DNA of 63,477 bases, the filler included, from Reticulomyxa filosa (lineage: Eukaryota; Protista; Foraminifera), in the NCBI GenBank assembly GCA_000512085.1. It is 12 parts of 12 records of this genome, joined end to end, with 100 filler letters (N's around TTAATTAATTAA, not from the genome) between each part and the next. Parts side by side here need not be neighbours in the genome. Positions count along the whole stretch, not along the records: positions 24,101 to 25,733 come from ASPP01000236.1; positions 25,834 to 33,001 come from ASPP01002837.1; positions 33,102 to 42,080 come from ASPP01006799.1; 9 more parts are not named here. One strand, given 5' to 3'. Shown one piece after another: positions 24,575-39,840 of this stretch; positions within the stretch are counted from its first letter, which is position 1; the number at the start of each line of letters is the position of its first letter. The notes under the pieces are model-generated. The model was not told the origin of the DNA. It did no database searches and worked only from the letters and a program-made list of their open reading frames with translations. The position numbers and the translations under genes are program-made.

Positions 24575-27500
24575 TTCTAAAATTTTCTTTTAACGAATAA
24601 TTTGCTCAAAAATCAATTTATACCAAATAACAACGGAAAGGAGCAAAAGGATTTTTTCCGAATTCTTCAACTGCTGCCTTTACGGTCCTTCCAAAAAACA
24701 GGAGTTACTGTTTTGCGTTAAAAGTTTATGTCCTTCTTTTCTTTTTGCTTGACTCAATTAAAAGAATTATATGTCAAAACGATAAATCTTGTCCAGCTTC
24801 AAATATTACCTATTTCTATCTTCTTATTTTTTATTAACTCAAGTTTCAAAAAACGTAAACAAGAGAGTCTAAACTGGTCAAGAAAAATATCACATATGTT
24901 TAATAATTTCTAGTTTAAAAAATTGATGAGAACATTGTTATCCACAAATATGAATGGACTGTTTATTGGGCATAGGATAATAAGAAACAGATTAATACAG
25001 TATTTGCAGAACAAAATGCACACGAAATTTTCAAAAAACATGGAAGAACGACATTTTTATCCAACCTAAAAAAAGTTATTAAATATGAATTTTATGTTTA
25101 AAAACTACAAAGTTTGTACGGGTACCAAGTTTTCTCCAATAAAAAAAAAATCTGTCGTCTTAGTAATCATTTTCAACTCGATGCAAAAATTGTTTTTTGA
25201 AGTATTTGAGTAGATTCAAGCTGAAATCTTCGACATTTACATAGATTTGAAAGTTATTTTGAAAAATAGTGATACTGAAACTTCGGTACTAACTGGTATG
25301 GAAATTTCCACTGATATTCAAACTTGCGACTTGTTGGGCAATTGCCAATTGAGCTGCACAATATTCAAAAAACGACATTCAACTATCATGAATGGAATTA
25401 TTGGATTTAATTAAAAAATGTTTTTTTTTGGATTGAATATTTCATTAGTATAAAGGAAAATTCCGAGGCAAAAAGGACGAAATTTGAGTTGTTTAGGCTA
25501 ACAACTGGCACTGAAATACATTGATAAGCGTTTTCCAAATTTTTAATCTTAAATAGGCATGTCAACTTAGAAAATTTCATGTTTTTGAAACTTAGCATAT
25601 TGATAGTAGAAGCAGAAATGAAGCGTTGACAAGGATAGCAATCGACATTATACAAGCTATTTATCAGAAATTACTGGAAATCCAAGTGTAGGGCAACCCC
25701 TTATCACACATGGCTGAACGCTTATGGAACTGANNNNNNNNNNNNNNNNNNNNNNNNNNNNNNNNNNNNNNNNNNNNTTAATTAATTAANNNNNNNNNNN
25801 NNNNNNNNNNNNNNNNNNNNNNNNNNNNNNNNNGAAGAGAACGGACACAAACAAATCCGTAGGAGATGCATATCGATGAAAATGAAACACAATTAATTTT
25901 GGGAGTGAAAGTTGTAACACTCCATTATTATTTATGTGAAAGTATCTTATTGATCGGATATTGATATTCGTTGCCTCTTACGTGTATTTGCAAGTATACT
26001 GTAATGTGATTCCAATATCACACGTCAGATGTGTATGTGAACACTTCAGAAATGCAAATTGATGTTGGTTTGGTGGAAGACATGATAATTGTGATATATT
26101 GTAGTTCGATTGGTGTACTCTCAGTCTCATTGAAGTTAAAAATCATTTATTATTTTTCTAAGTAATTTGAATTACAATTTGTTATTTTCTCTCAGAGTTG
26201 CAAGAATCAGAATAAGTAGTGGAAACGATAGAACAAAGATACTTACAAAATGTTCAAGCAAATGCCACTGCGTGTCCGGTGAGTAAAGTCAATCAGATCA
26301 AAGTGGAGAAGAACTGATTTTTGTGGCTCAAGTATTTGAAGCTTCTACGAAGGTTAAAATAGAAATGAACATCGTTGTACTTTTTTCTTTGTGGTTGTTC
26401 AGTTAGCAAAGATGGGCGATAAAGAATTAAATGGTAATATTGCTGCAATTTGTTTAAAGTTCGGCTTTGAACAAACATTCTTTGAAAAAGATCGCACACA
26501 ATCCTCCTTAAATGCTGAGTTAAAAAATTGCATTTCTAAATTGTATTTGTTTTATGTTATATTTAATCAAAAAACAAACACACGTATATACAATATATTT
26601 GTACATTCACATATTTTTTAAACATGATATACAAATACATTTAAAAAAAAAAAAAAAAAGTAAACCTGATCTTGCCCAAAAGCGTTGAAAGGATTGATAC
26701 CATACGCGATGAATGATGCGAAAGCGTTTGGATCAATAGAGCAAATACGTTATGGCAGGCCAGCCATGTCAGACCCTCCAAACAAAGTATGTCCAGTAAT
26801 AGCCATTGGGAGTGATTGAATACAAGTATTTAATTCCAGTATACGTGTTTAAGAACGATCTTGTGGATATGTACGAAAACTTATATATCATTCACTGGGA
26901 TGTCAATTCCAAATCAACACCAGCTGGTGCTATCTACTTCCTCATATCTTTCTAATGTCTTGTATATGTAGATTCTGTCGTTATACGCTTTGGGTCTGCT
27001 CATTGCCACCCTAAGTTCTTATATATTCAATATTTTTCACAAACCTTTTTGTTGACATTAATATTACTGTTGTTATCATGATTGTTGTCAAACAACACAT
27101 AGCATTCTAGCCCGTCGATGTTGGATATCATTGGGATCTTGTTGCAGTAACTGATTGAATAGATTACATTTTCAAATTGACATTCCAATTTCGTTTCTAT
27201 CGAAGGCTCTGTCTTTCGCCACGTAGAGTTAATATAGTTGCTCGCCAATAACAGTCGAATTGCAAAAACTGAAACAGTGAAAGCCCAAAAAAAAGTCCAA
27301 GGTTTTGTGAACAAGAGATTTTTGCTACTTGTGTCTTGAGAACTGGTGTTGTTTTCAATTTAATTTTTTTTCCGAGCTCCCTCTTTTGTTTTGAGTTGTT
27401 TTTAACAGCAACTGAAAAGTATATCAAACAAAAACCATTCCAAAAAAATTTCCAGAATATAATGGCATTATTTGATTTTTCGTTCCAGTGACTAATCTTT

Positions 27501-27799
27501 ATTATATCTTTTTTTTGCTCAGCAAGATATATCAACTTAATCCCAAATATCCACCTCAATGAAAAATACAATATTTTGTGCATTTAATGCAGTATTTTGA
27601 TATCTGCAGAGAATACCGATATATTATTCAAGAATTTTTTTTTTTCATTTTTATTGCACAAAAGAGAATTTCCAATTACTTCAACAAAAACATGTGATGA
27701 ATGGCATTTTGCCCTAGGTTGATCAAAAATTAATTAAACAAATTAAAATATTTAAAGTGCTTTTTCGCACACCAAGAAAAAGAATAGAAATAAAATACG

Positions 27800-30700
27800 T
27801 AAACAAAATCAACAACCACAAAATTCTAATTTTTTTCACTCACTCCTTTATCCAATGAATCACCAATAAATGCAATCTTGCTATTTAATCAGCGTCACTA
27901 TCCACAAGCAAAACAAAATAGAGACTCATACAGGAGCACTTCTTTCATTGACTATTTTTGGGATAGTTTAGAATAGACGTGGCATTGCTGACTCTGTTTC
28001 GTTGCTGCAAAAGCCACTTTCTTCAATTGACCGTTTGACTCTAGTCTCTCTTTAATTGACCAGTCCCATGCCAAGTATATTGATGCCTAGAGAAGGGGCA
28101 AAAACTTTACAAGCTGATGCAACCATTATAGATACTGTCATTGTGGATGACGCTAATGAGACATAGCAATTGTCAGCGTTATCATTTGTTACAATTGGTA
28201 AGAGAATTTTGGTTTGTACTCGTCACAACGCCAACATGAGGAGGTGGCTTAAACAAGATATTATGTATAAATGTCTTTGTAAACGTAACAATTTGCTTTC
28301 TCCAACGGCTTTGCTTTTTCTTTGTTCATAAATTGTTTCGCCATGGTAATAAGTTCAGACAAAAAGTATTCACTTTTCACTTTCAAATGACATCCAAACC
28401 ATTCTTCTCAAAGTTAAAGTGTGTAGTCAGCCATACGTTCAACATCCGTCAAGAAATGGGAAAAAAAAAGTTTACTCTTTTTTCCTTGAACAATATTGCA
28501 ATCTCAAAACTGTTTGTATAATCCAATTTTAAAATTAAAATTAAAATTTGCTAATTTATTGTAACTTCTACATTTCTCTTTTTTAAGAAAGAAAAAAGTA
28601 TCCTTTTTGACGTCAGAACCTTCAAAGCACTCTGTATTGTTTGATTGGAGGAGAAGAAATAATGTACACTGCACATGATGACACGAGTGAAGACGCTCGT
28701 TGTATAATTGGTGAGCAAAGCCGAATGGACTTTGCAGTCGTGGCAAAGGAAGAACGTTGGACTCGTTATATCAAAAAAGAGTTGGACCGAATGAATCAAA
28801 ATGTAGTCAAGATGTAAGTGGTCCCTATAGTCCAGCCGATGTCTATTTATTAGTATTGCACACATGTGTATACATAAATTTTCTTTTGGTGGAAGAGATC
28901 ATTTTTATTTTGCATATGTGTGCAAATTGTATGTAAAACCACTATTTACAGATCTCTAGAAAGAGACAAGCAAGATGGAGCCATTCCAACTTGTGTAATT
29001 TTTGGAGATAGATTATTTGACTTGTTTGGTCCAAAAAACGCAGTCATCAATTTCAGTGTATTCGTTAGTGGACTGGCGCGAGTAATTTAAAAAAGAATCA
29101 TTTTTTTTTTTAGGAAAAAAGGACGTATATATGAAATAAAAAAGAAAGCAAAAACACATAATCTTAACATTACAACAGGACATTGGAGGACAAAGAATTT
29201 TGGACAAAGTTGTTTTTTCTTTCTACAGCAAGAACACCATATGGAGCACCAGTTCAGTGAGAATCAAAAAAAGAAATTTCTTTTGAACTTATTGTTTCAC
29301 CTGTGATTTACAATAGATGCTTGACACATTGCGAACACAGAAAATATGTTTCGCTTATCGGAAACGGCAAAGGTGCAGCCTGTTTGGTGAAAGCGTTTGA
29401 GAGAAAGTACAAATATCCACAAAAAATAAATCATCAACTTTGTGATTGGATGATACATTGCAAGGCCATCCAAAATTATTTTACAAATTACACTTCTGGA
29501 TACCAGTGGAAATTTCAATACATGAAGTATGACGGGGTTTCCAGCAGTGGTGTTCTAAATGCAACGACAATGCTCATTGCTGATGTCCACAATATCAAGT
29601 TCAAGCGCCAGTTTACAGTCACAAGCAAAGCAACATCCACTTTTTTCAAGGCGTCGACATCTACAACGTAAGTTACATTGGTTTTTCTTGTTAAATACTC
29701 TATCGATTATTAATGATGCCTATGTGCACAAATAAATAAGTATATGTACATACTTTTTTTTATACGACATTATTAAAAAAATCACATAAAGACAATGTTC
29801 CATTATGATGTGATGTATATTGTGTGCATGGTCATATTATTAAACAATTGCGCGATGATGATGACAACAACAATTACAATGGCAGCAACAAAAATATTAT
29901 GTAATTATGTTTATGGATGATTGCTATGATATCATTGCAATGGCCACGACAATGTAAACATTTTTTTATTTTTTTATCTTCTTTATTTATAATGATAGTT
30001 TGTGTTTGTTTGTTTTACCACAGACACCAACTGTGATAGAAAAAAAGAATAAGGGGTAGAATGCCACCCCGTCTCCGAAAGGAGAAAAAAAGGTTTGTTT
30101 TATCTCTTTTTATTTTTAAATATATTCACACGTTGTGTGTTTTGTATATAGGACTTCCCCTGCGTGCAAAGATGTTACTATTTTTTGTCCACTTCCACAC
30201 ACATAAAAAAAAATGGGGTTGAATCCAACCTTGTCTGCAAAAGGAAAACTAAAGGTTTGTATACGTTTATATATATTTCTTTTGTTATAAATATAGTTGT
30301 GTGTATTTGTGATATAATAGGAATCCCCTCGCAATGAATAATATTTATTTTGTGTTTTTATATTTATTTGTCCCAATCTCCTCAAATAAAAAAAAGGACT
30401 TGTGAGTGTTTTCACACAGGAAACAAAGAATGTAAATTATATATCGAGTTCCACTTGCGATAAGTAATTTTTTTTTCTTTTTGTTCTTTCAACATTAAAA
30501 ATAATTTGTTTGCGTGTATATAGATCCAAAAGGTAATGTTTTTTTAAAAAGGGTAAATTGTAGAATAAGGGGAAAATTTGACAATAAATGGTGTGTGAAA
30601 AAAAAGGGAAAATAAAAAAGAATAAGAAATGTAATAAAAAAAAGAAAGTGAAAAAAAAAAATAAAAAAATGAAGTAAAAAAGAAAGTAAAAATTTTTTAT

Positions 30701-33001
30701 TAATGGAAAAATAATATTGAATGAAAAAAAAAGAATAAGAAAGAAAAAAAAAAAACTATCATTTGAAAATTTTTTTATTTGTTTATATAATTGGAGATAT
30801 GACTCCAAAAACGTATTGTATCCTTGCGTGCGGATAACAAATTTAAGTTAATGAACATATATTTCTTTTGTATGTGTTTGTTTAAGAAAAATCAACTATG
30901 ATTTTTTATTGATGTTATTATAGATATTGTATTTTGTTGAACCTCTGTCATTGTGATGGAACTGGTGAAGGTTTTGCACGAAAGATACATATTGTAAAAA
31001 AAATGAAATAAAGTTAAAACAAATATTGGAAGATAATAGTATTGGCAAAGACGTAAAGGCAGTAAGACGTTGATGAAGAAAATAGCGTGGACAAAGAGAC
31101 ATTGGACTTGAATTGACCTATCAAAAGTACGGACATAGAAGTGTAGTGTGAATATGTCAAATATTCTTGTCGCCAGCATTGATCTACAATTTCGAAAATC
31201 ATATGGAACCAATACTATCACAATCATTACTACATTTAATATTTGGTCTCATTTGTGGTGAGTGACATTCTCAAAAACATAATCATTTAGCGACCGCAGA
31301 AGAAATAATGATAATATATAGCAGCACGTATGCAAGTGGTAACATGTCTCTCGATTTAAGTGTACATTTATTGTTATTTTGGTCCAAGGTCATGTAGTGG
31401 AGTTGAAATATTTGCATCGACATTGTCGTGGTCAAGTCCTTCATCAAAAAAGAATTTGACAGAGTCAATCTCATGTTTCAATTTGGTATTCATCTTCTTG
31501 TGAAATATTAATGTCTTTGTGGCGGAAGAACACAAACGCATTGAGACCCTCTTACGAATTTAGATGTTTGCTTGAACCTGATCAGTACAGTTTCTATGGA
31601 TATATCTGCGATTCCATTCGTTTAAATTATTTCACATATACGAAATACCAACAATATGCATCATATGGCTCTCCTACGACCACTCCAACTCTGCGTCCAA
31701 CACACAAACACTCCTGAAACCGACGACATCGCAATCACAAACACGGTGACTAGTAACAACAGCTGCACAGTCCAACCCCATTTGTTTAAATATAGATTTG
31801 TTGATTAAAGATAACACTTTGAACAACAACTTGCGCTCATCAACTTTCCAAATTTCAATGCAAACTATGGTTAGGAACTCTCATCAATTTGCAACCCCGG
31901 AAATCTAAATTGTTGCAGTATTTGAAGCATTTTTACATATTAAACGTTGCCTCCAATGTACCATATCGAGACAAGAGGGAGAAATCCTTTGTCATATTTG
32001 AAAAGCAAACTGATTTCATTCCTGGAAGTGATTGCAGTTATTGGTCAAGACGTACGAAAAAGTGGAGTGTGTTCATATGATCAGTTCAAATGAATAAGAG
32101 ACAAGCATTTCACTGAAGTGAACATCTTACTCTTTCTTCAACTTCAACGATCATCTTCAATTGATGAGTTAATGTTTGACTATTCTTCTGTGGCTGTAGA
32201 TTTGCGACGACAAGATACCAAGAACTATATTCAAATGGAACATTAAACCAAGTGAAGTCTTAAGAGATTATTATGAAATAATTTGTCCAAAGCAGTGTTA
32301 AATATAACACGCATACTTCCATTATCACTATTATGTCCATAAGTGATGTATATTTAATCGTCAACATTTCATATTCCATTACAAACAATACATTCCCCAA
32401 GACTTGAATGGTGTATCGGAATCATTGAACATCTTATCACTTCTGGAAAACGGTGTAAGCACAATTAGCAATGAAACGAACAATTTTCCATAATACGTCC
32501 GGTAAAATGAATCGGGATCAGGGTTCAGCAATTGTCTCGACAAATTGATTAATTGGCGTCTGGGGAACAAATCACAATTATATCGATGGCCATAAAATGT
32601 TACAATGTCACGAGTCATTACCGAAGATGAAGAAGGAGACTATGTGAGTCCATATCAATCAACAGAATGCAGCTCGATTGTATCATTGCCCGACTATGCT
32701 TTCCTTTAGTACATTGTAACTGCAGTTCAACAGTGGATTGCTTCGTGGTGGGTTCAGAAGTAATTCATACATCCAAATGCAAGAATGGAACGAAAGACAA
32801 TGTGGCCAAAAAGAAAAGCCAAATAACAAAATAGCAACATCAACTAAACGTGAAGGATAGCAGCTCAACTTGAAGGTGAATGTGGATATATGTTCTTTGA
32901 CTTATATTTTCAGTGATTGCAATATGTTTCCAACAAAGCAATATGATCTGAACCATTTCAATGTGAAGTACTTTCACTTTATGTTTGAAGGAAGAGAAAA
33001 A
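27800..33001 (+). pseudogene. Decayed multi-exon gene-family member (paralogue of the sequence on contig 42181-45327)
   Basis: Intron-like GT..AG AT-rich spacers and exon-like blocks with many stops; block-wise homology to 42181-43980 on the - strand. Confidence 0.5.
30024..30850 (+). repeat. Dispersed element, copy A (duplicated 40-nt module, micro-exon, A-rich tract)
   Basis: Collinear conserved blocks shared with 42435-43345 (-); see findings. Confidence 0.8.
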
Positions 33002-33101
33002 NNNNNNNNNNNNNNNNNNNNNNNNNNNNNNNNNNNNNNNNNNNNTTAATTAATTAANNNNNNNNNNNNNNNNNNNNNNNNNNNNNNNNNNNNNNNNNNN
33101 N

Positions 33102-34030
33102 AGAGAGAGAGAGAGATAAGTAGCAAACACATCCGTCAATTAAACTTTCAACGTAAGAAATATGGCGTCTGCCTTTTTTATTGGACAACAGGCTTTTAAG
33201 GGGCGAAGGCTTGACAGGTTCATTTTTGGAAGGAGTCAAATGTGTTTGCGCAGAAGCCAGCTTTACTTTTTCCTTGAGTAGTTCTTGTTTCCTATGCCTA
33301 ATCCTACTCAACAAGAACTTTCGACGTTGTGATGCTTGTTCGCGACGCACTTCCAAAGGGTTACGAGGATCGTTTTTTATATATTTTTTGCCTTTCGTTG
33401 GTGACAAGACTCCTAAACATATTGCGCATTCATACTCTTCAATGCTTTTTGCTTCTTTTCTATATAATTGTCCACATTTCATTACAATGTTACTGCAATT
33501 TATTTTGCTTATTCTTTTACAATTTTTTTTTTTAAAAAAAAAAAAAAAAAAGAAAATATGTGAAGTGATGAAGCAAAAGATATGTACATTTTTATCCAAG
33601 TTCACATATTGTTCTATAATGTTCTAGGCAAGAGAGCAAGTGTCGTATATATGTGCTCAACTCTGAAATCGCAACACATTCGCCATGGTACCATTCTTCG
33701 CAAGTGTCACACATTATCATGAACTCGCCTTCAGCGTACGGCCATCGGCACATACAGTACACCCTTTGCGATGGTTGCTCATTATCTTCCATCGTCGACT
33801 CATCGTCGTCATTTTTTTTGTTTGTGTTCTTTCCATCATCAACATTAAAACTGGTGCTCGAGTTTTTGATCACATCTTCAATATTTGACAATTTGACCAA
33901 TTCTTTTTCTATTACCTCTACTTGTGTCGTCTGTTTTTTTTTGTATGTATGTCTGTTCGTTATTATTTTTACCTTCACTCCCATCTTCCCTCCTCTCCCT
34001 CCCCTTCCTTCTTCACTTTTGTCTTGACGG
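33102..34030 (-). CDS. PHD-finger protein (partial, multi-exon)
   Basis: VYCMCRWPYAEGEFMIMCDTCEEWYHGECVAISE, then after an intron EAKSIEEYECAIC: a C4HC3 PHD finger. Confidence 0.85.
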
Positions 34031-35443
34031 GTATATCAAGTACACGTAAAGAAAAACAAGTGACGCAAAAGGGACGAAAGAATGTTTGCCATCTATTGGC
34101 AATAGATTCTTGTGAAGGCTCGCTACTAACAACTCGCCTACACAAACTGGTTTGTTATTCCGCTTCTATGTTTAAGTTTGGGCTAGTATTCTCAAATGAT
34201 TGGCTTCGAAATTTTCACCACAATGAAAGCACTCTCCAGTGGCTGAACTTGCCAAATGTTAGACAAATTTTGAGGAGATCAGTAAAAAAAAACCCAAAAC
34301 AAAGCACCGTGTTTTCAGTGAAAGCATCAAAAATTGACGGAAAAAAATTGTCTCAAAAACCCATGCAAATTCGCACACAGGAAAATTTTTTTTGGAAGAA
34401 CTTTTCTTCGTGTTTTCGGTTTGTGATGGTTTGATTACAAAGAAAAAAATCTTCTCTTTTTTTTTTGGTCGGAGAATTTGAGAATGATGTAGTGCCCCTG
34501 AATACAACACATCCATTGCACTGTACACAGTTGTTGAAAATTACATCGTGTTTCAGATCTCCTCTAATCATTTATGATTATTCTCGACTGTCTCAATCCA
34601 AGCTTTGCACTTTGGTTTATTGAGATTTTCCTCTCCATTCCTCATGAACAAGTGATTTTTCAATTATTCGAATTACCAAGGAAAAAACAACTCTTATCCT
34701 TGTTTGTAGTTGTTGAAAACGAAGAAACAGCAAAACTCACGTTCATTATTTTGCTTCAGATTGACGTCGTCCAGATAGTTCACAGTTGGGATGAACTGTC
34801 CAAAATTTATTATGTTTTTGCTAAGATTATGTTTTTTTTTCAGTGTTTCAAAGTTCACGTCGACATTCTGACTGTGTTCACCCGTCTTTTTTTTGCAGTT
34901 AATGTCCCCATCTGTTGAACTTGAGGAATGCCTAACTGATAATTTTGAGATGTAGAATTATTATCGAACATTTACTTTTTGTACACGTTCTTAGAATAAG
35001 TTTAGTTTTGAAAATAAAAATCAACTGGAAATCAAGAAAATTAAACGATTACACATTATCCAGACTATTTTCACGAAGTTGAATACTGCTAAACTGAATA
35101 TATTTGCAAGCAAATCGCAACATTTAGTGTGACAGTTGGATTTTTTTTGGTGAAATGTACAGTGAGGATCAAGCGTAAACAAAACATGTACTTGAGAATT
35201 TTTTGAAAAAAGACAACGCACCAAAACATTTGTTATCGTTTTGAGTTGAATAATTATCATTTGTGTATTAGTTCTGTACATGGTAAAGCAAAATGAAAAA
35301 ATCCAACAACAAGCATTTTCTTGAGGGGGAAGCAGGGAAAAAAAAAGCTTCAACAAACAAGAAACGAAAGAAGGAAGAGAATAAACATGATTGCTTTTTT
35401 TCCCTTTCCTTGACTCGTTCTCTCCTCTTCTTTTCTTTTTCGC

Positions 35444-37814
<2,371 letters not shown>

Positions 37815-38407
37815 GAGAGCGTCTTGGTTCCAGGTTTTACCACAAAGTTTTTTTTGAACATCCGACACTCATCACATATGTGATGCTGAGGACACACTAA
37901 CCAAAGTTATTGAAAAAAAAATTCAATTAATTTGTAATGAAATTTGTTGGACATCAACACCTTAACAAGGCTTAAGTTAAACAAAAGCTTGGTCTACACT
38001 TCATCAAGCAAAGTTCCAAGCATTGTAAAAAGAATATATAAAAAAAGAACGGATGGGTTGTTGTTTACTATTTTTTATTGTCAACTGTCAATAATCCTCA
38101 AAAACAAACAATCCAACGCAAAAATAAAGTGAACAGTGATGATAAATGAAACAGTTTTAACTACAAAAAAAAAGCTGAAATTTTGAACATTTTTGATTCA
38201 ATAGGGAAAAAATAAAGTTGAAAATGAATGGGTGTTGGAGAAGTGAATGAAAAGAATGTTCGACGATTAGACAACAATGACAAACCACAAAAGACCTTAT
38301 TATAAATTGTTATTGTGTTATATTATTAAAAAATACATTTAACAAAAGTTGAGACAATTAAAGAACAAAACAAAAGACTAAAAAGATACAGAATTGTTTT
38401 AACCTGA

Positions 38408-39601
38408 TCAATGTTGAGTCAATCGGCTCAAACCGAAGCCCACTAAAAAACTAACACTAGCAGCAATAACTCCGTTAAGTAAGACAAACATAGAAGACTT
38501 CCAAATATTGGATCCAGTAAATTTTCCTTTGATACCCCCGAGAATTGCGAGGGTCAAGCCAGTAAGAGCGCAAGAAACGAAGAACGTAGGTTCAGAGCCT
38601 TGAAAGTGTGTATGCATAGCGTGCATGTGTGTATCGGATGAGTTTTGCCAAAGGGGGGGGGAAAGAAAAGGAAGGGAACAAGAAGAAAGGAGAAAAAAAG
38701 AGGGAGGGGGGGGGGATCACAATAATAAAAATAATAATAAAAATAAAACTTTTAAGATGAATGGGTGCCATGACAGCATAGGAAAGCAAAGGAATGGAAC
38801 CAAAGATCAAAAAAGAAGCCATTGTAGCCAACCCATTTTTGATAGCACTTTCATGTTCTTCAACAGGTTGAATATTCAACTCCTCGATCAACATGTGATC
38901 GATAAAAAAGTCAGGATATTTTGCCATGGTTCGGAGAATCACTTCAGCGTCTTCTTTGGTGATTCCTTTTGTCTCATAAATTTCAATCATTTCCAAAATT
39001 TCGCCCTCCTGAAAATTTTCAAATTCCCATTTCTCTCTGTCGCGTTCTGATCTCGCAAAATCGTACTCTGCCGATTCGCTCAAATAATCACCCATACCCA
39101 TTGAAAATCCGTCTGCAATCAAATTAGCAAAGCCGAGTACCAACACAGTCTCGGGTTCCAAATTTGCTCCATGTACTGCTGAAACCACTGCAAATGTTGT
39201 TATTATTCCGTCGAGTCCACCATATATTATCGACTTCACATATTCTCCATACTTTTTGTGGTTCTCCTCCGAGACATCTATTATGTGTACTATCATATCA
39301 CCATTTGCTATTGCTTCTTCTTCTTCTCTCATTAAAACTTCCGCTTCTGCTTCCTTTTCTTCTTCTTGCAGTCTCATCTTTTTTGAATGGTCCATGCATT
39401 TGTTGTCCTCTTTGGATTCATCCTTTTTTGTTGAATCCCTAAAGCTCTTTTGCTGTCTTAGTGTTTGTTTCATTCTGTGCAGGCTTCTGCTTCTTCTAAA
39501 TCTCCATTTTGCCATGCCCTTCTTATTTCTGCATCCAATTCTTTGCTATTTGAATATTGATAAACATCACATAATTTTGATGATTTTTCTGCTTGTGTCA
39601 T
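38408..39601 (-). CDS. VIT1: Vacuolar iron transporter VIT1/CCC1 family (2 exons; frameshift near 39495)
   Basis: GEYVKSIIYGGLDGIITTFAVV; LGFANLIADGFSMGMGDYLS; ERDREKWE..EGEILEMIEIYETKG; SFLIFGSIPLLSY. Confidence 0.92.
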
Positions 39602-39840
39602 GTCTCCTCCTCAAAGAAGGAGTTTTTGCTAACGCGTATCTCCTTTGACTATGCTGATTTTGAAAACTTGCTTCACTTTTCACATGTTAAAAAACGTTAA
39701 ACGACAAAATAACGAGAAATAATACAATTTTGCTTATACTAGAACAAGTTAGCATATTACGATATCCTTCAAGAAGACAGTTCATAGGACTTTCGGGTTT
39801 GGTTTTGACAATCAAGACAAACTACATGCATAAGAACGGA

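Noticed and set aside
30053-30060. Conserved in-frame TAG aligned with TTG, suggesting TAG-to-Leu reassignment
   Set aside because: No in-frame TAG was seen within the long conserved coding exons (NACHT, CFAP47, VIT1), and TAA and TGA also interrupt these elements
30211-30340. ATGGGGTTGAA...TAGG...CAATGAA is reminiscent of the lariat-capping ribozyme core
   Set aside because: The required helices and G-binding site cannot be built; the boundaries are better explained as GT-AG splice sites
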